64,000 nucleotides of DNA from an uncultured Clostridia bacterium. GTDB taxonomy: Bacteria; Bacillota_I; Bacilli_A; RF39; UBA660. Shown here piece by piece: positions 38,908 through 48,195 of this stretch. The stretch is taken from NCBI GenBank assembly GCA_947165945.1, contig CAMVCF010000001.1, positions 957 through 64,956 of the forward strand. The letters run 5' to 3'. The notes under the pieces are model-generated. The model saw only the letters and a program-made list of their open reading frames with translations, was not told the DNA's origin and ran no database searches. Both the position numbers and the translations under genes were made by a program. Numbering within the stretch: the first letter of the stretch is position 1; the number at the start of each line of letters is the position of its first letter.

Positions 38908-40300
38908 AATCTACTATCCTATCATCTAAACTTTCAAAATCATGTAATACCACTTCTTTTTCATAAATAAATCCTGCAATTTCTAAAAATATAACTGGAA
39001 CAATTCCTATAAATGCAAGATAACCAATTGTATTTATACTACTATTTAATCCAAGTAAAAATGGAATAAAAAATGTCGAAGAAATTGTCCCAATAACTGC
39101 TCCAAGTGAATCAAACGCTATTCCTAAAAAATTATTTGGAGTTAAAAATGCAAGTATTAAAGCCAAAAAGAAACTAGGTATTAGAAACATCATAATATCT
39201 AAATTATATATAGAAATAAAAACTGATATAACTAATGCAATCGATGCTCCAAGAGATAAAAATAATTCTAAAAATTTATTCTTAATTCCACCACTTGTAA
39301 CATCTTCTACATAACTCATTAGGAAATTAAAAGATGGTTCTACTCTTATTATAAAAAATGAAAATAAAAATATAATTAATATTATAAAAAACTTAGAATA
39401 ATCTTTAATAACACTTCCTATTAAAAAAGATATATCTGAATAAGTTCTTGCACCCATTAAAAATAAACTAATTCCAATAAAGACTAACAAAAAACCTAAA
39501 CTGACTTCTTTTATATTTTTTTTATTTCGACTTATTTTAAATCTTATAAATATTAAATAAATAATAAAAATAAGTACTAAAGATAAAAAAATTACAAAAA
39601 GATTAAATAAAAAAGATATTTCTTTAAAACTATTTAAATCTAATTTAAAAAACATTCCGAAAATTAAAAATACAATCATAGGTCCAATAGAACAAAGACC
39701 AAGTATTCCAAAACTAGTATGATCTTTATTTTTTATTTTTGATCTTTTTGATAAACTCATTCCCATTGTAATTAAAAATGGTGCTGATACAAGTCCCATA
39801 GATAAAGCACTTCTTTCAAGAGCAAAAGGAATAATTTTAATATCTGTTATTAACATAAGTAAAAATACTAAAAGATAAGAAATAATTAAATAATACTTAT
39901 AATTTGTTTTAGATAAAATTCTATAAATTGATAATAGAAAAAAAAGACTAATACTAAAAGCTAATAAAAATAATAAGAATATATTCGGAAGAGATACTTT
40001 TAATATTTCTGGTTCTAATATAATAGTAAAAAAAGAAATAAGAAAGCATATTAGAAGCAAATAACTAATGTTTTTTTTCTTTAACAAAGTAAAACTAACT
40101 TTATCACTTATTTTAGGATAACTAAGATCATATCCAACTAAATAAAGAGATACTCCTATCATAATTAAAATAGAACTAAGTAAAAATTTAATTACTTCTT
40201 TTAAATCAATTGAAAAAATAATACTAAGAAAAATTACAAGGAAAGTAATTGGAATATATAAAAGTCCTATTTTTTTTAAAATTAAGATAAATTTATTCAT
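38900..40300 (-). CDS. DUF1538-like internally duplicated polytopic membrane protein
   Basis: 466 aa and at least 10 TM. Repeated FALERSALSMGLVSAPF / IAFDSLGAVIGTISSTFFIPF modules. P-II-associated context. Confidence 0.4.
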   Translation of the reverse strand: MNKFILILKKIGLLYIPITFLVIFLSIIFSIDLKEVIKFLLSSILIMIGVSLYLVGYDLSYPKISDKVSFTLLKKKNISYLLLICFLISFFTIILEPEILKVSLPNIFLLFLLAFSISLFFLLSIYRILSKTNYKYYLIISYLLVFLLMLITDIKIIPFALERSALSMGLVSAPFLITMGMSLSKRSKIKNKDHTSFGILGLCSIGPMIVFLIFGMFFKLDLNSFKEISFLFNLFVIFLSLVLIFIIYLIFIRFKISRNKKNIKEVSLGFLLVFIGISLFLMGARTYSDISFLIGSVIKDYSKFFIILIIFLFSFFIIRVEPSFNFLMSYVEDVTSGGIKNKFLELFLSLGASIALVISVFISIYNLDIMMFLIPSFFLALILAFLTPNNFLGIAFDSLGAVIGTISSTFFIPFLLGLNSSINTIGYLAFIGIVPVIFLEIAGFIYEKEVVLHDFESLDDRIVDYD

Positions 40301-40308
40301 AAATACTC

Positions 40309-41760
40309 CTATTTAAAGAATAATTTATATAAACTATTTTTCTTTTCAACAAGAGAATCATAATTACTTTTTAAATTAATACTTTTATAACAACTTTTTA
40401 AAATATCATTAATTGTACCACTTTCTATTAAATAATTTCTTTTTGTTAAAAAATCATCGATGTACAAAAATGGTAGTTCTTGAGAAAATATTACAGTAGA
40501 CATGGTATCTTTTTCATTTCTCATAGTCTTAGTCATTCCATAAAACGAAGATACGATTAAAGTATATTTACTTCCATTTCTATTTTCATCAAGTAATTTT
40601 AAAGTATTATCAATAACCATCAATTTATCTTTTAATTCTTTTGTTGTATTACAGTCACCTAATTCATAGTTAATTATTATTAAATCTTTATTAAATTGAT
40701 TTACAACTTGAACAATTCCAGCAGGATTATTTTCAATCTTTGTAATATCAACAAATGTTAAAGTATTAGTAGCTTCATTTTTAAGTCCGCAACAAAAATA
40801 ATTAATAATACCTACTCTATCACTTTTACAAAGTATTAATCCAGAGGCATTTAATTTTTCTAAATTATGAACCATACTATTTTTGGCAACTTCTGTTTCA
40901 TACATATGAGGAATATTTATATTACTTGTTACTGAAAACAATGAATAATATGAAAAATTATTTTTAGATTCTCCATAATTAATATTTGATAATGTATCTA
41001 TAAAACTAGTTAAATTTATATTATCATAATTAAAAATTAAAAATGTATCATTAATTCCTAAACTAAAATTAGAATTTACTATAAATGGTTTAGTTTCTCT
41101 AGGAAGTGTTTTCATAGCATATAAAACATCAAACTTTTGAGTAAATGATTGCCATTTTTCTCCTACTTTAGAAATAAACATCTTAAAGAAAAAATTCATA
41201 TCAACTTGCTTTGCACTATTAGAAATAGAATCAAGTCCTAAAATAAATCCTATTTCAGCATAATTAGATAAATCCATATTTATATGACTAAATACCTCAA
41301 CTAAATATTTATAATCTTCTATATTATTACTTGAAATAATTAAATGCAAAAAAACATTTTTTTTTAAATTAGGATTAATAAATTTTAAAGTCTCTTTTAA
41401 ATGATCAACTATTTTCAAACTAGGATCTACTAAACAAAACATATGTAAATTTCCATTTTTACTATCATAATCTTTTTTTAAATTTAATAAAGTTGAATTT
41501 TTAATTAAGTTTTTTGTCTCTATTTCCTTATCTAAAATACTATAACTATATAACTCATTTATATCCATAGAAACATTTCTATATGCATCATAATAATTAC
41601 TTACACGAGAAATAACTGAATTATTAGAAAATAAATAATTCCGAGATAACTCTGAAAATGTAGGCATCAAAGTATCATCATAAATAGGATATGATTCCTT
41701 CTTTTCAACCCCAAAGCCATTTATTAACATCAATACTGTTTTCTTATTCATATTCTTCAC
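40309..41760 (-). CDS. Catalytically degenerate paralogue of 2,3-bisphosphoglycerate-independent phosphoglycerate mutase (alkaline-phosphatase superfamily)
   Basis: Collinear with iPGM: TVLMLINGFGV~ALIILDGFAL, NLHMFCLVDP~SLHLFGLLSDGG, IINYELGDCN~ILNYANPDMVGH, YTLIVSSFYG~IAIITADHGN. It lacks the GQMGNSEVGH Ser-nucleophile segment, and DHGN is replaced by SFYG. Confidence 0.5.
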   Translation of the reverse strand: MKNMNKKTVLMLINGFGVEKKESYPIYDDTLMPTFSELSRNYLFSNNSVISRVSNYYDAYRNVSMDINELYSYSILDKEIETKNLIKNSTLLNLKKDYDSKNGNLHMFCLVDPSLKIVDHLKETLKFINPNLKKNVFLHLIISSNNIEDYKYLVEVFSHINMDLSNYAEIGFILGLDSISNSAKQVDMNFFFKMFISKVGEKWQSFTQKFDVLYAMKTLPRETKPFIVNSNFSLGINDTFLIFNYDNINLTSFIDTLSNINYGESKNNFSYYSLFSVTSNINIPHMYETEVAKNSMVHNLEKLNASGLILCKSDRVGIINYFCCGLKNEATNTLTFVDITKIENNPAGIVQVVNQFNKDLIIINYELGDCNTTKELKDKLMVIDNTLKLLDENRNGSKYTLIVSSFYGMTKTMRNEKDTMSTVIFSQELPFLYIDDFLTKRNYLIESGTINDILKSCYKSINLKSNYDSLVEKKNSLYKLFFK

Positions 41761-41833
41761 CCTTTATTCTATAACTAGTTTATCATAAAATTCAAAAAAA
41801 AAATAGAGGTTTTCTATTTTTTTCATTTGAGTT

Positions 41834-44266
41834 TTATTTTTTTATTTTCTTTTTAATATATTTAATTTGATCTGGATCGTCAAAACAATTTTCATCAAGT
41901 ATAACTTTTTCAATATCACCATTTGCTATATTTTTATCAATTATGTTTTTTATAGGAATAAAAGCACTTTGAATACCTCTAGCTCCTTGTTTTTTTTCAA
42001 GAGCTTTTTTAGCAAGCATTTTTTTAAACCCATCAGACATAGATACAACTATTCCATCACTTGCATAGCCTTTTTTTACTAAAGTTACAACTCCTCCATC
42101 TGGATTATCAATAATTTCATATAAAGTATCAAGATTAATATTATTTAGGGGAACTTTATTAGGAAATCTTCCTAAGAATTGTCTATCTAGTCCATATTCA
42201 TGTAGATCATCGTCAGTCGGAGTTTCGAGTTTTTTTATTTTGGAAGATTCTTGTCCAAATCCTACTTTTCCAAGACCTTTCTGTTTTTTTATTCTCTCTC
42301 TTATAAATTCATCTAACCCATCAAATGCACCTGTTCCTATAACCCAAAGATTAGAAGTATCAAATTCTATGGATGCTCGACCTGGAATTTTACTTTGAAT
42401 TACTCTTTTATCTCCTTCAATTAAAGTTAATAAATTGTATTGAACACCTGATGACATATCGTCAGAGTGATTTCCTTTTTCAACTTTAATCTTATCTATT
42501 TCATCAATATATAAAATTCCATTTTCTGCTTTTTCCAAATCACCTTTACTAACTTCAACTAAATCAACAAGCATTGAATCAACATCTTCTCCAACAAATC
42601 CAACTTTTGAATATCTTGTTGCTATTTCTCTTACAAATGGAATACTAAAAATATTTGCAAGAGCTCTTACAATTGCTGTTTTTCCTACTCCGGTTGGACC
42701 AAATAATAATATATTTTCTTTTAATTCGCGAAGTTCTTCTTTAGTATAATCACGGCGACGATTAAAAATATGATTAAAAAATGCATTTACAACATAAAAA
42801 ATTGCATCATCTTGACCTTTAACACTCTTCTTTATCAAATTAACTGTATCCATGATTGTTAAATCATTTATTGTTCGTTTATTTAAGGAAACATTAAGTC
42901 CATCATTTACAACTTTTTTTTCTTTATTTGATTTTGGCCTAATAACTTCTAAATCATCTTCTTCATTTATTAATTCATCATATGCTTCATCATGAAATAC
43001 ATTAACGGTTCCAATTTTTAAATCAAATATATCATCTCCTCTAAAATTTATTTCTTTTAAAGATATATCTTTTGATTCTAATAGATATTTCAATGTTCTA
43101 ATTATTCCCGAAAAACCTAAATTGAAATCCAATCCATAATCAACTAAAGTATTTATAAAATCATTACTAATATGAACTATTTTTCCTCTTTCTTCTAACA
43201 TTTTTTTTATCTTATATAATGGTGATGTTTTTTTATTTTTTAAAATATTACATGCAAGATCTTCAGTCATTTCTTCCATAAATATTGCTTCATTGTTAAA
43301 TAAGTCATCAATCATATTTAAAGAAAAACCTATTTCACTTAATCTTTTTCCATAAATTTTAGAATAATAAATATCATCATACTTAGCATCAGAAAAATCA
43401 TATTGCATATCTAAAATACAAACATTTGTGATAAATGAATAATCAAATTTCATAATTTTATTATCTTGACTTTTTAAATAAACATCTTGACTTTTCATGA
43501 TCATTTCAAGTTCTCCTACATATGATATAAGATCCCCTTCTTGATTAAATGTTCCAATTGATTCTATTCCATCAAAAATAACAATACCACGTTCAGCTAA
43601 ATATTTATTTCCACCAGCAAGAATTAATAACTGTTTTACTATATCAGTAATATCTTGAAATTTATCTCCAGTTAATTTATAAACTAAAACTGGAATTGGT
43701 GATAACATATTAAGAATTGAATCAACAATACTAGATTTTCCTGATCCTATTCCACCTATCAACAAAATGTTATTTTTATATTTATAAATATCTTCATATG
43801 ATAAATCTGATTCAAAATACATATGATTCTCATATATTTTTTTTAAGATCTTATCAATTGGTTTATCTTGACCTATTACTTTATCTTTTAAATCTTCTTT
43901 AACATAAGATACTAACTCTTCTATTTTATAATTTGGTATTAGTCTAAAATCATGATATTCATCATGAAAAGCAAGAGTTACATCATTATATTCATTAGGG
44001 TCTGATACTGAAACAATTTCATTACCTACTTCTTTATAAAAAATAAATTCATCCATTGAAATGTTTTCATATACGTCCTTATTAATTTCTAAATAAACCA
44101 TTCTTGATCTTTTATTTAGAAGACTTGATATTTCTTGATCTAAGAAATTTCCTTCTACAACCTTAATTTTGTCATCAAATGTAAGTTCTCCTATTACTTT
44201 ATCAATTACTTGATAATAAATAGTATCTTCATATAATATTTTTCGAAGTACTAAAGCATATTTCAT
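41834..44266 (-). CDS. Tandem ClpX-like AAA+ protein (810 aa): degenerate N-terminal module plus a canonical ClpX-type C-terminal module
   Basis: The C-terminal half reads NILLFGPTGVGKTAIVRALANIF...VGFVGEDVDSMLVDL...GILYIDEIDKI...GVQYNLLTLIEG...GLGKVGFGQ (IGF-like)...GARGIQSAF. The N-terminal half reads VIGQDKPIDKILKKIYENH...NILLIGGIGSGKSS...GIVIFDGIESI, so the Walker B DE is replaced by DG. Confidence 0.6.
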   Translation of the reverse strand: MKYALVLRKILYEDTIYYQVIDKVIGELTFDDKIKVVEGNFLDQEISSLLNKRSRMVYLEINKDVYENISMDEFIFYKEVGNEIVSVSDPNEYNDVTLAFHDEYHDFRLIPNYKIEELVSYVKEDLKDKVIGQDKPIDKILKKIYENHMYFESDLSYEDIYKYKNNILLIGGIGSGKSSIVDSILNMLSPIPVLVYKLTGDKFQDITDIVKQLLILAGGNKYLAERGIVIFDGIESIGTFNQEGDLISYVGELEMIMKSQDVYLKSQDNKIMKFDYSFITNVCILDMQYDFSDAKYDDIYYSKIYGKRLSEIGFSLNMIDDLFNNEAIFMEEMTEDLACNILKNKKTSPLYKIKKMLEERGKIVHISNDFINTLVDYGLDFNLGFSGIIRTLKYLLESKDISLKEINFRGDDIFDLKIGTVNVFHDEAYDELINEEDDLEVIRPKSNKEKKVVNDGLNVSLNKRTINDLTIMDTVNLIKKSVKGQDDAIFYVVNAFFNHIFNRRRDYTKEELRELKENILLFGPTGVGKTAIVRALANIFSIPFVREIATRYSKVGFVGEDVDSMLVDLVEVSKGDLEKAENGILYIDEIDKIKVEKGNHSDDMSSGVQYNLLTLIEGDKRVIQSKIPGRASIEFDTSNLWVIGTGAFDGLDEFIRERIKKQKGLGKVGFGQESSKIKKLETPTDDDLHEYGLDRQFLGRFPNKVPLNNINLDTLYEIIDNPDGGVVTLVKKGYASDGIVVSMSDGFKKMLAKKALEKKQGARGIQSAFIPIKNIIDKNIANGDIEKVILDENCFDDPDQIKYIKKKIKK

Positions 44267-44340
44267 AATAATCTCTCCTATAACTTATTATCATAAATTA
44301 AAAAAAAATAAAAAGAAAGATAATTGACACTTTCTTTATA

Positions 44341-45531
44341 TTATTTTTCTTTTTTATAAAAAACAGCAGGCATGATCTTTAAATCATTGTATTTTATATT
44401 AATATTATCTAAAACTGTTTGTATTTTATCTTCTTTTAAAGAACTAGTTGTATCTTCAAATAAAGATACCTGACTACTTTTATAATCTACTAAATCACTT
44501 ACTCTTACTCCTATATTACGAATTAATTGATCTTTAATTATAATATCAAAAAGTGCTAATACATTATCATATAATTCCATAGTATTATTTGTTTGATTTA
44601 ACAGCTTTTTCTGATGTGAATATGATTTAAATTCTTTTGTTTTTAAAGTAATTGCAATAGTTTTAGCATACATTTTCTTTTTTCTTAACAAAGTTCCTAT
44701 TTTACTTGTCATTTTTAAAAGTTTATTTTTTAAAAATATTTTATCATTAGTATCAAACTCTAATGTTTCAGAAAAACTAATTGATTTACTTTTACCATGT
44801 TTACTAATTACTTTACTATCATCGATTCCATTTGCATATTCATGCATAAAAGTAGCTTGATTTTTAAAATGTTTTCTTAAAAAAGAGATATCACATTGAG
44901 CAAGATCTCCTATTGTATTAATATTTAAACTTCTAAGTATTTTACTAGTACTTTTTCCAATAAATAATAAATCTTCTATAGGAAGAGGCCACATTTTAGT
45001 TTTTATTTCATTAAAAAATAAAGTATGAACTTTATCTGGTTTTTCAAAATCACCTGCCATTTTAGCACATAGTTTATTATTTCCTATTCCAATATTAACA
45101 GTAAATCCAAATTTTTCTTTAATTTCATTTTTCATTTTATAAGCCAGTTCTAAAATATCATCATATAAAAAGGTTGTATTTGATAAATCTAAAAAGCATT
45201 CATCAATTGAAAATCTTTCAACATCAGGAGTAAATGTTAAAAAATATTCATAAAGATTTTTTGATTGTTCTTGATAAAATTCAAAGTTTGGAGGAAATAC
45301 TTCTAAGTTTTTACATTTAAGTCTTGCACTATGTAAAGTTTCAGCTGTTTTAACTCCATATTTTTTTGCAACAGGGCTTTTAGCTAAAACTATTCCATGA
45401 CGTTTATCCTCATCTCCTCCTATACAACTAGGAATTAATCTAATATCTTGTTTATACCCTTGATTTAGTAAATAAATAGCACTCCAAGATAGGAATGCAT
45501 TATTTACATCTACATGAAATATAATTCTCAT
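44341..45531 (-). CDS. dinB: Y-family DNA polymerase (DinB/Pol IV-like)
   Basis: MRIIFHVDVNNAF...SIDECFLDL...KLCAKMAGD and little-finger region. Confidence 0.75.
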   Translation of the reverse strand: MRIIFHVDVNNAFLSWSAIYLLNQGYKQDIRLIPSCIGGDEDKRHGIVLAKSPVAKKYGVKTAETLHSARLKCKNLEVFPPNFEFYQEQSKNLYEYFLTFTPDVERFSIDECFLDLSNTTFLYDDILELAYKMKNEIKEKFGFTVNIGIGNNKLCAKMAGDFEKPDKVHTLFFNEIKTKMWPLPIEDLLFIGKSTSKILRSLNINTIGDLAQCDISFLRKHFKNQATFMHEYANGIDDSKVISKHGKSKSISFSETLEFDTNDKIFLKNKLLKMTSKIGTLLRKKKMYAKTIAITLKTKEFKSYSHQKKLLNQTNNTMELYDNVLALFDIIIKDQLIRNIGVRVSDLVDYKSSQVSLFEDTTSSLKEDKIQTVLDNINIKYNDLKIMPAVFYKKEK

Positions 45532-45560
45532 ATTATCCCTTCTTTATTGATATTATAAAA

Positions 45561-46037
45561 CTATCTATTCAAAAGGTAAATAGATAGGTTTAAAATTGTT
45601 GCAAATATTAGCCAAACAAAATAAGGTATATTTAAATAAGCTGCTTTTTTATCAATTCCAGAAAAGCAATAAATCATAAATCCAACCACAATATCTAACA
45701 TAATAATAAATAAAAAGGCAAATAATCTAGCTTCTAAATTAAAGAAAATAATTGGCCACAAGAAATTTAAAAATAAATTTAATCCATATAATAGTAAACA
45801 TGTACATTTATTAGAAGACATAGAATTATAAATTAAATAACTAGAATATCCCATTAAAATATAAAGAATACTCCAAACAATTGGAAATAAGATCTTTGGA
45901 GGTGCAAAGACTGGTTTTATTAAATTATTAGTATAGTTTTCTACACCACCTCTTGTAATTAATGAAATGATAAATCCTCCTATTAAAGGAATTAAAATAG
46001 CAATTATTAAATTCTTCGTCTCTTCTTTTAATTTCAT
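45561..46037 (-). CDS. tspO: TspO/MBR family tryptophan-rich sensory protein
   Basis: 5-TM 158-aa protein; PPKILFPIVWSILYILMGYSSYL. Confidence 0.7.
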   Translation of the reverse strand: MKLKEETKNLIIAILIPLIGGFIISLITRGGVENYTNNLIKPVFAPPKILFPIVWSILYILMGYSSYLIYNSMSSNKCTCLLLYGLNLFLNFLWPIIFFNLEARLFAFLFIIMLDIVVGFMIYCFSGIDKKAAYLNIPYFVWLIFATILNLSIYLLNR

Positions 46038-46103
46038 TTTATCACCACTTAATAATATGCTAAAAAAAAAAATAATAGAAACAATTTTACATATTTCTAT
46101 TAT

Positions 46104-46736
46104 TTATTTAACTTTATTACTAAAAAAATCATAAATATTATCGATTATATCAGAGTAATTTAGATCTTTATAAAAAGACTTATAATCGTTTTTATAGTTT
46201 TGATATTTTTCTTTCATTAGTAAAGATATTTTAGAATAAAAACAAGCATCTCTACTTCCTTTTTCTTCAACTAAATAGTCTACTATATCAGAATCTGTAT
46301 CTTTAAAAATAATATTAAATGGTAAATCTTTAAGTAAAATACTAGATACTATTTCTGCTACTTCCATTTCCTTTTCATGATAAATAAAAGTTGCTTTTAA
46401 ATTGTACTTTTCTTTTAATTTCTTAACTTCATTTTCAATAAGTCCTATTTTTAAAGGATTAATTGAACCACAAAGAGATCTCAAACAAAGAAAAGAAACT
46501 AATTCATCTAAATTATCTTGATCATAAAAAGTATTGATGTAATATACTCCATCTAAATAATATATAGGTGGAAAAGATTCCTTATTTATTATTTTATAAA
46601 AACTTTTTATATCAAGATTATCAATAAATTCTTTTTTTTCTTTTGATAAAAACATAGAATAATTTTCTTTTATAATTGTAAACATTTCAAGTGATAAACT
46701 GCAGATCTCATCTAACATTATATTTTCCATATCCAT
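46104..46736 (-). CDS. Hypothetical protein (210 aa), possibly the surviving 3' part of the disrupted upstream gene
   Basis: No motif. Directly downstream of the AbiEi-like pseudogene fragments. Confidence 0.35.
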   Translation of the reverse strand: MDMENIMLDEICSLSLEMFTIIKENYSMFLSKEKKEFIDNLDIKSFYKIINKESFPPIYYLDGVYYINTFYDQDNLDELVSFLCLRSLCGSINPLKIGLIENEVKKLKEKYNLKATFIYHEKEMEVAEIVSSILLKDLPFNIIFKDTDSDIVDYLVEEKGSRDACFYSKISLLMKEKYQNYKNDYKSFYKDLNYSDIIDNIYDFFSNKVK

Positions 46737-46899
46737 CTACCTTTACACTACTAAATTTATTATAAAAGAATTCTTATAAAAAAGAAATAGATTGGACAGA
46801 AAAATGTCAAATTACTAAATCCATATCTAATTATTTATTAATTTTATCTTTTAAAAACTTTTTCATTTTAAATTTCTTAATATATTTTACTATTTTTTT

Positions 46900-47362
46900 C
46901 ATCTAACTCTTCTTTTCTTAAATAATAATTATAGATAATTTCATTATAATAAATTTGATCTAATTTATTTCTATTTCTAATTAATTCAATTAGCATTCTT
47001 TCTTTATTATATAATATTTTATTACTTCTCTTACTTTTTTAAAAAAATTACCCCTAAGTGAAATAAACTATTAATTTGATAATACTGATTAATATTTTCA
47101 TCTTTCATTCGAAGAGCAGTTCTTGTAGTTGCTAAATGATACTTATTAGGCTTTTTATTAGTTAATCCATGATAATAAAAAGACCTTTCCATTGTAAATA
47201 CTACTTTAGGATATTTCTAACAACATATGAAAAATTAGAAAACTCTTTACTACTTGTATAAATACCCCTTTCTAGTTTTAATAAATTACTTTCTTTGAGA
47301 GCTTTTTTTACTCTAAAATTACTCTTATATTTTTCTAAAGCTTTTTGGTAAATATAAATCAT
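46900..47362 (-). pseudogene. Disrupted AbiEi-like (type IV TA antitoxin/transcriptional regulator domain) gene
   Basis: RBS GGAGA plus ATG at 47362 gives MIYIYQKALEKYKSNFRVKKALKESNLLKLERGIYTSSKEF...* then a frameshift to ...MERSFYYHGLTNKKPNKYHLATTRTALRMKD...*, then further stops. The AbiEi N-terminal wHTH pattern (L..G.L.R..RGVY ... S.LS.HGLT) is recognisable. Confidence 0.5.
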
Positions 47363-47445
47363 ATTTATCTCCTTTATCAAGCATTTTGTCCCATTTTTAT
47401 AGTATAAGTATAATATATTTTTAAGTATTATTCAACCAAATTAAT

Positions 47446-47562
47446 TTATTTACTAATTTTTTCATATTTTCTAATTTTATCTATTTTGCTATCTGCAAGA
47501 CTTGCTATTCTTAACATACACCACAAAATAAAAAGAAAGATAATAATTATAATTAAAAGCAA
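47446..47562 (-). CDS. Candidate 38-aa hydrophobic-then-basic peptide (Fst/Hok-like type I toxin architecture), TTG start
   Basis: RBS AGGTGA, then 6 nt, then TTG. LLLIIIIIFLFILWCMLRIASLADSKIDKIRKYEKISK. Preceded by a -10 and the TTCGACA direct repeats. Confidence 0.25.
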   Translation of the reverse strand: MLLIIIIIFLFILWCMLRIASLADSKIDKIRKYEKISK

Positions 47563-47595
47563 ATTACATCACCTTTTTTTAATTATATGAAAAAT

Positions 47596-47628
47596 AATAT
47601 GAATTTATGTCGAATAATGTCGAATTAG
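47596..47628 (-). promoter_or_regulatory. Direct-repeat motif (ATTCGACAT x2, 10-bp period) overlapping the -35/spacer of a sigma-A-like promoter
   Basis: The minus strand reads ATTCGACATTATTCGACATAAATTCATATTAT. The same motif occurs at 52557-52574. Confidence 0.4.
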
Positions 47629-47655
47629 AAAAAAAAGAATATTTTTTTGTAAAAA

Positions 47656-48195
47656 CTATTCTTTCATTTTATTTTTATTTTTTATTTTAGAATATATAAT
47701 TGAAAATACTAATCCTATTCCACTTCCAAAAATATCAATCAAACAGTCATATAAATTACCAGTTCTACCACTTATAAATGTTTGATGATATTCATCTAAC
47801 AAAGCATATAAAAGACATATCAAAAGTGTTAATAAATAAACTTTTTTTTTCTTAAATGAACTTTTTTTTAAAGCCATTAAAAGAAGAAGTGCAAGTACAA
47901 AATAAACACTAAAATGCATTATTTTCCTAAGAGGAAAATTTAATTCTTCTACTATTAGTTTTATTTTTTTATTACTAGGATGTTTATTAGTAAGACCTAA
48001 GTCATTTGTTTTATTAAGTGTTACTTCTATTGTCTTATTAATCATATTTTCACTTTTTAAATTAGATTCATAACTTGACATATTAGAAAGTAAAAATATC
48101 AAAATCATCCATAGAAAAACTGTCAACCAAGAAAAAATTTGCTTATAATTTTTTCTTAATTTGGAAAAAAACTTATCTCTAAGTTTTTTATACAT
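47656..48195 (-). CDS. VanZ-like family membrane protein
   Basis: LLDEYHQTFISGRTGNLYDCLIDIFGSGIG, the VanZ signature. Start taken at the internal Met just after the nrdG stop. Confidence 0.6.
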   Translation of the reverse strand: MYKKLRDKFFSKLRKNYKQIFSWLTVFLWMILIFLLSNMSSYESNLKSENMINKTIEVTLNKTNDLGLTNKHPSNKKIKLIVEELNFPLRKIMHFSVYFVLALLLLMALKKSSFKKKKVYLLTLLICLLYALLDEYHQTFISGRTGNLYDCLIDIFGSGIGLVFSIIYSKIKNKNKMKE

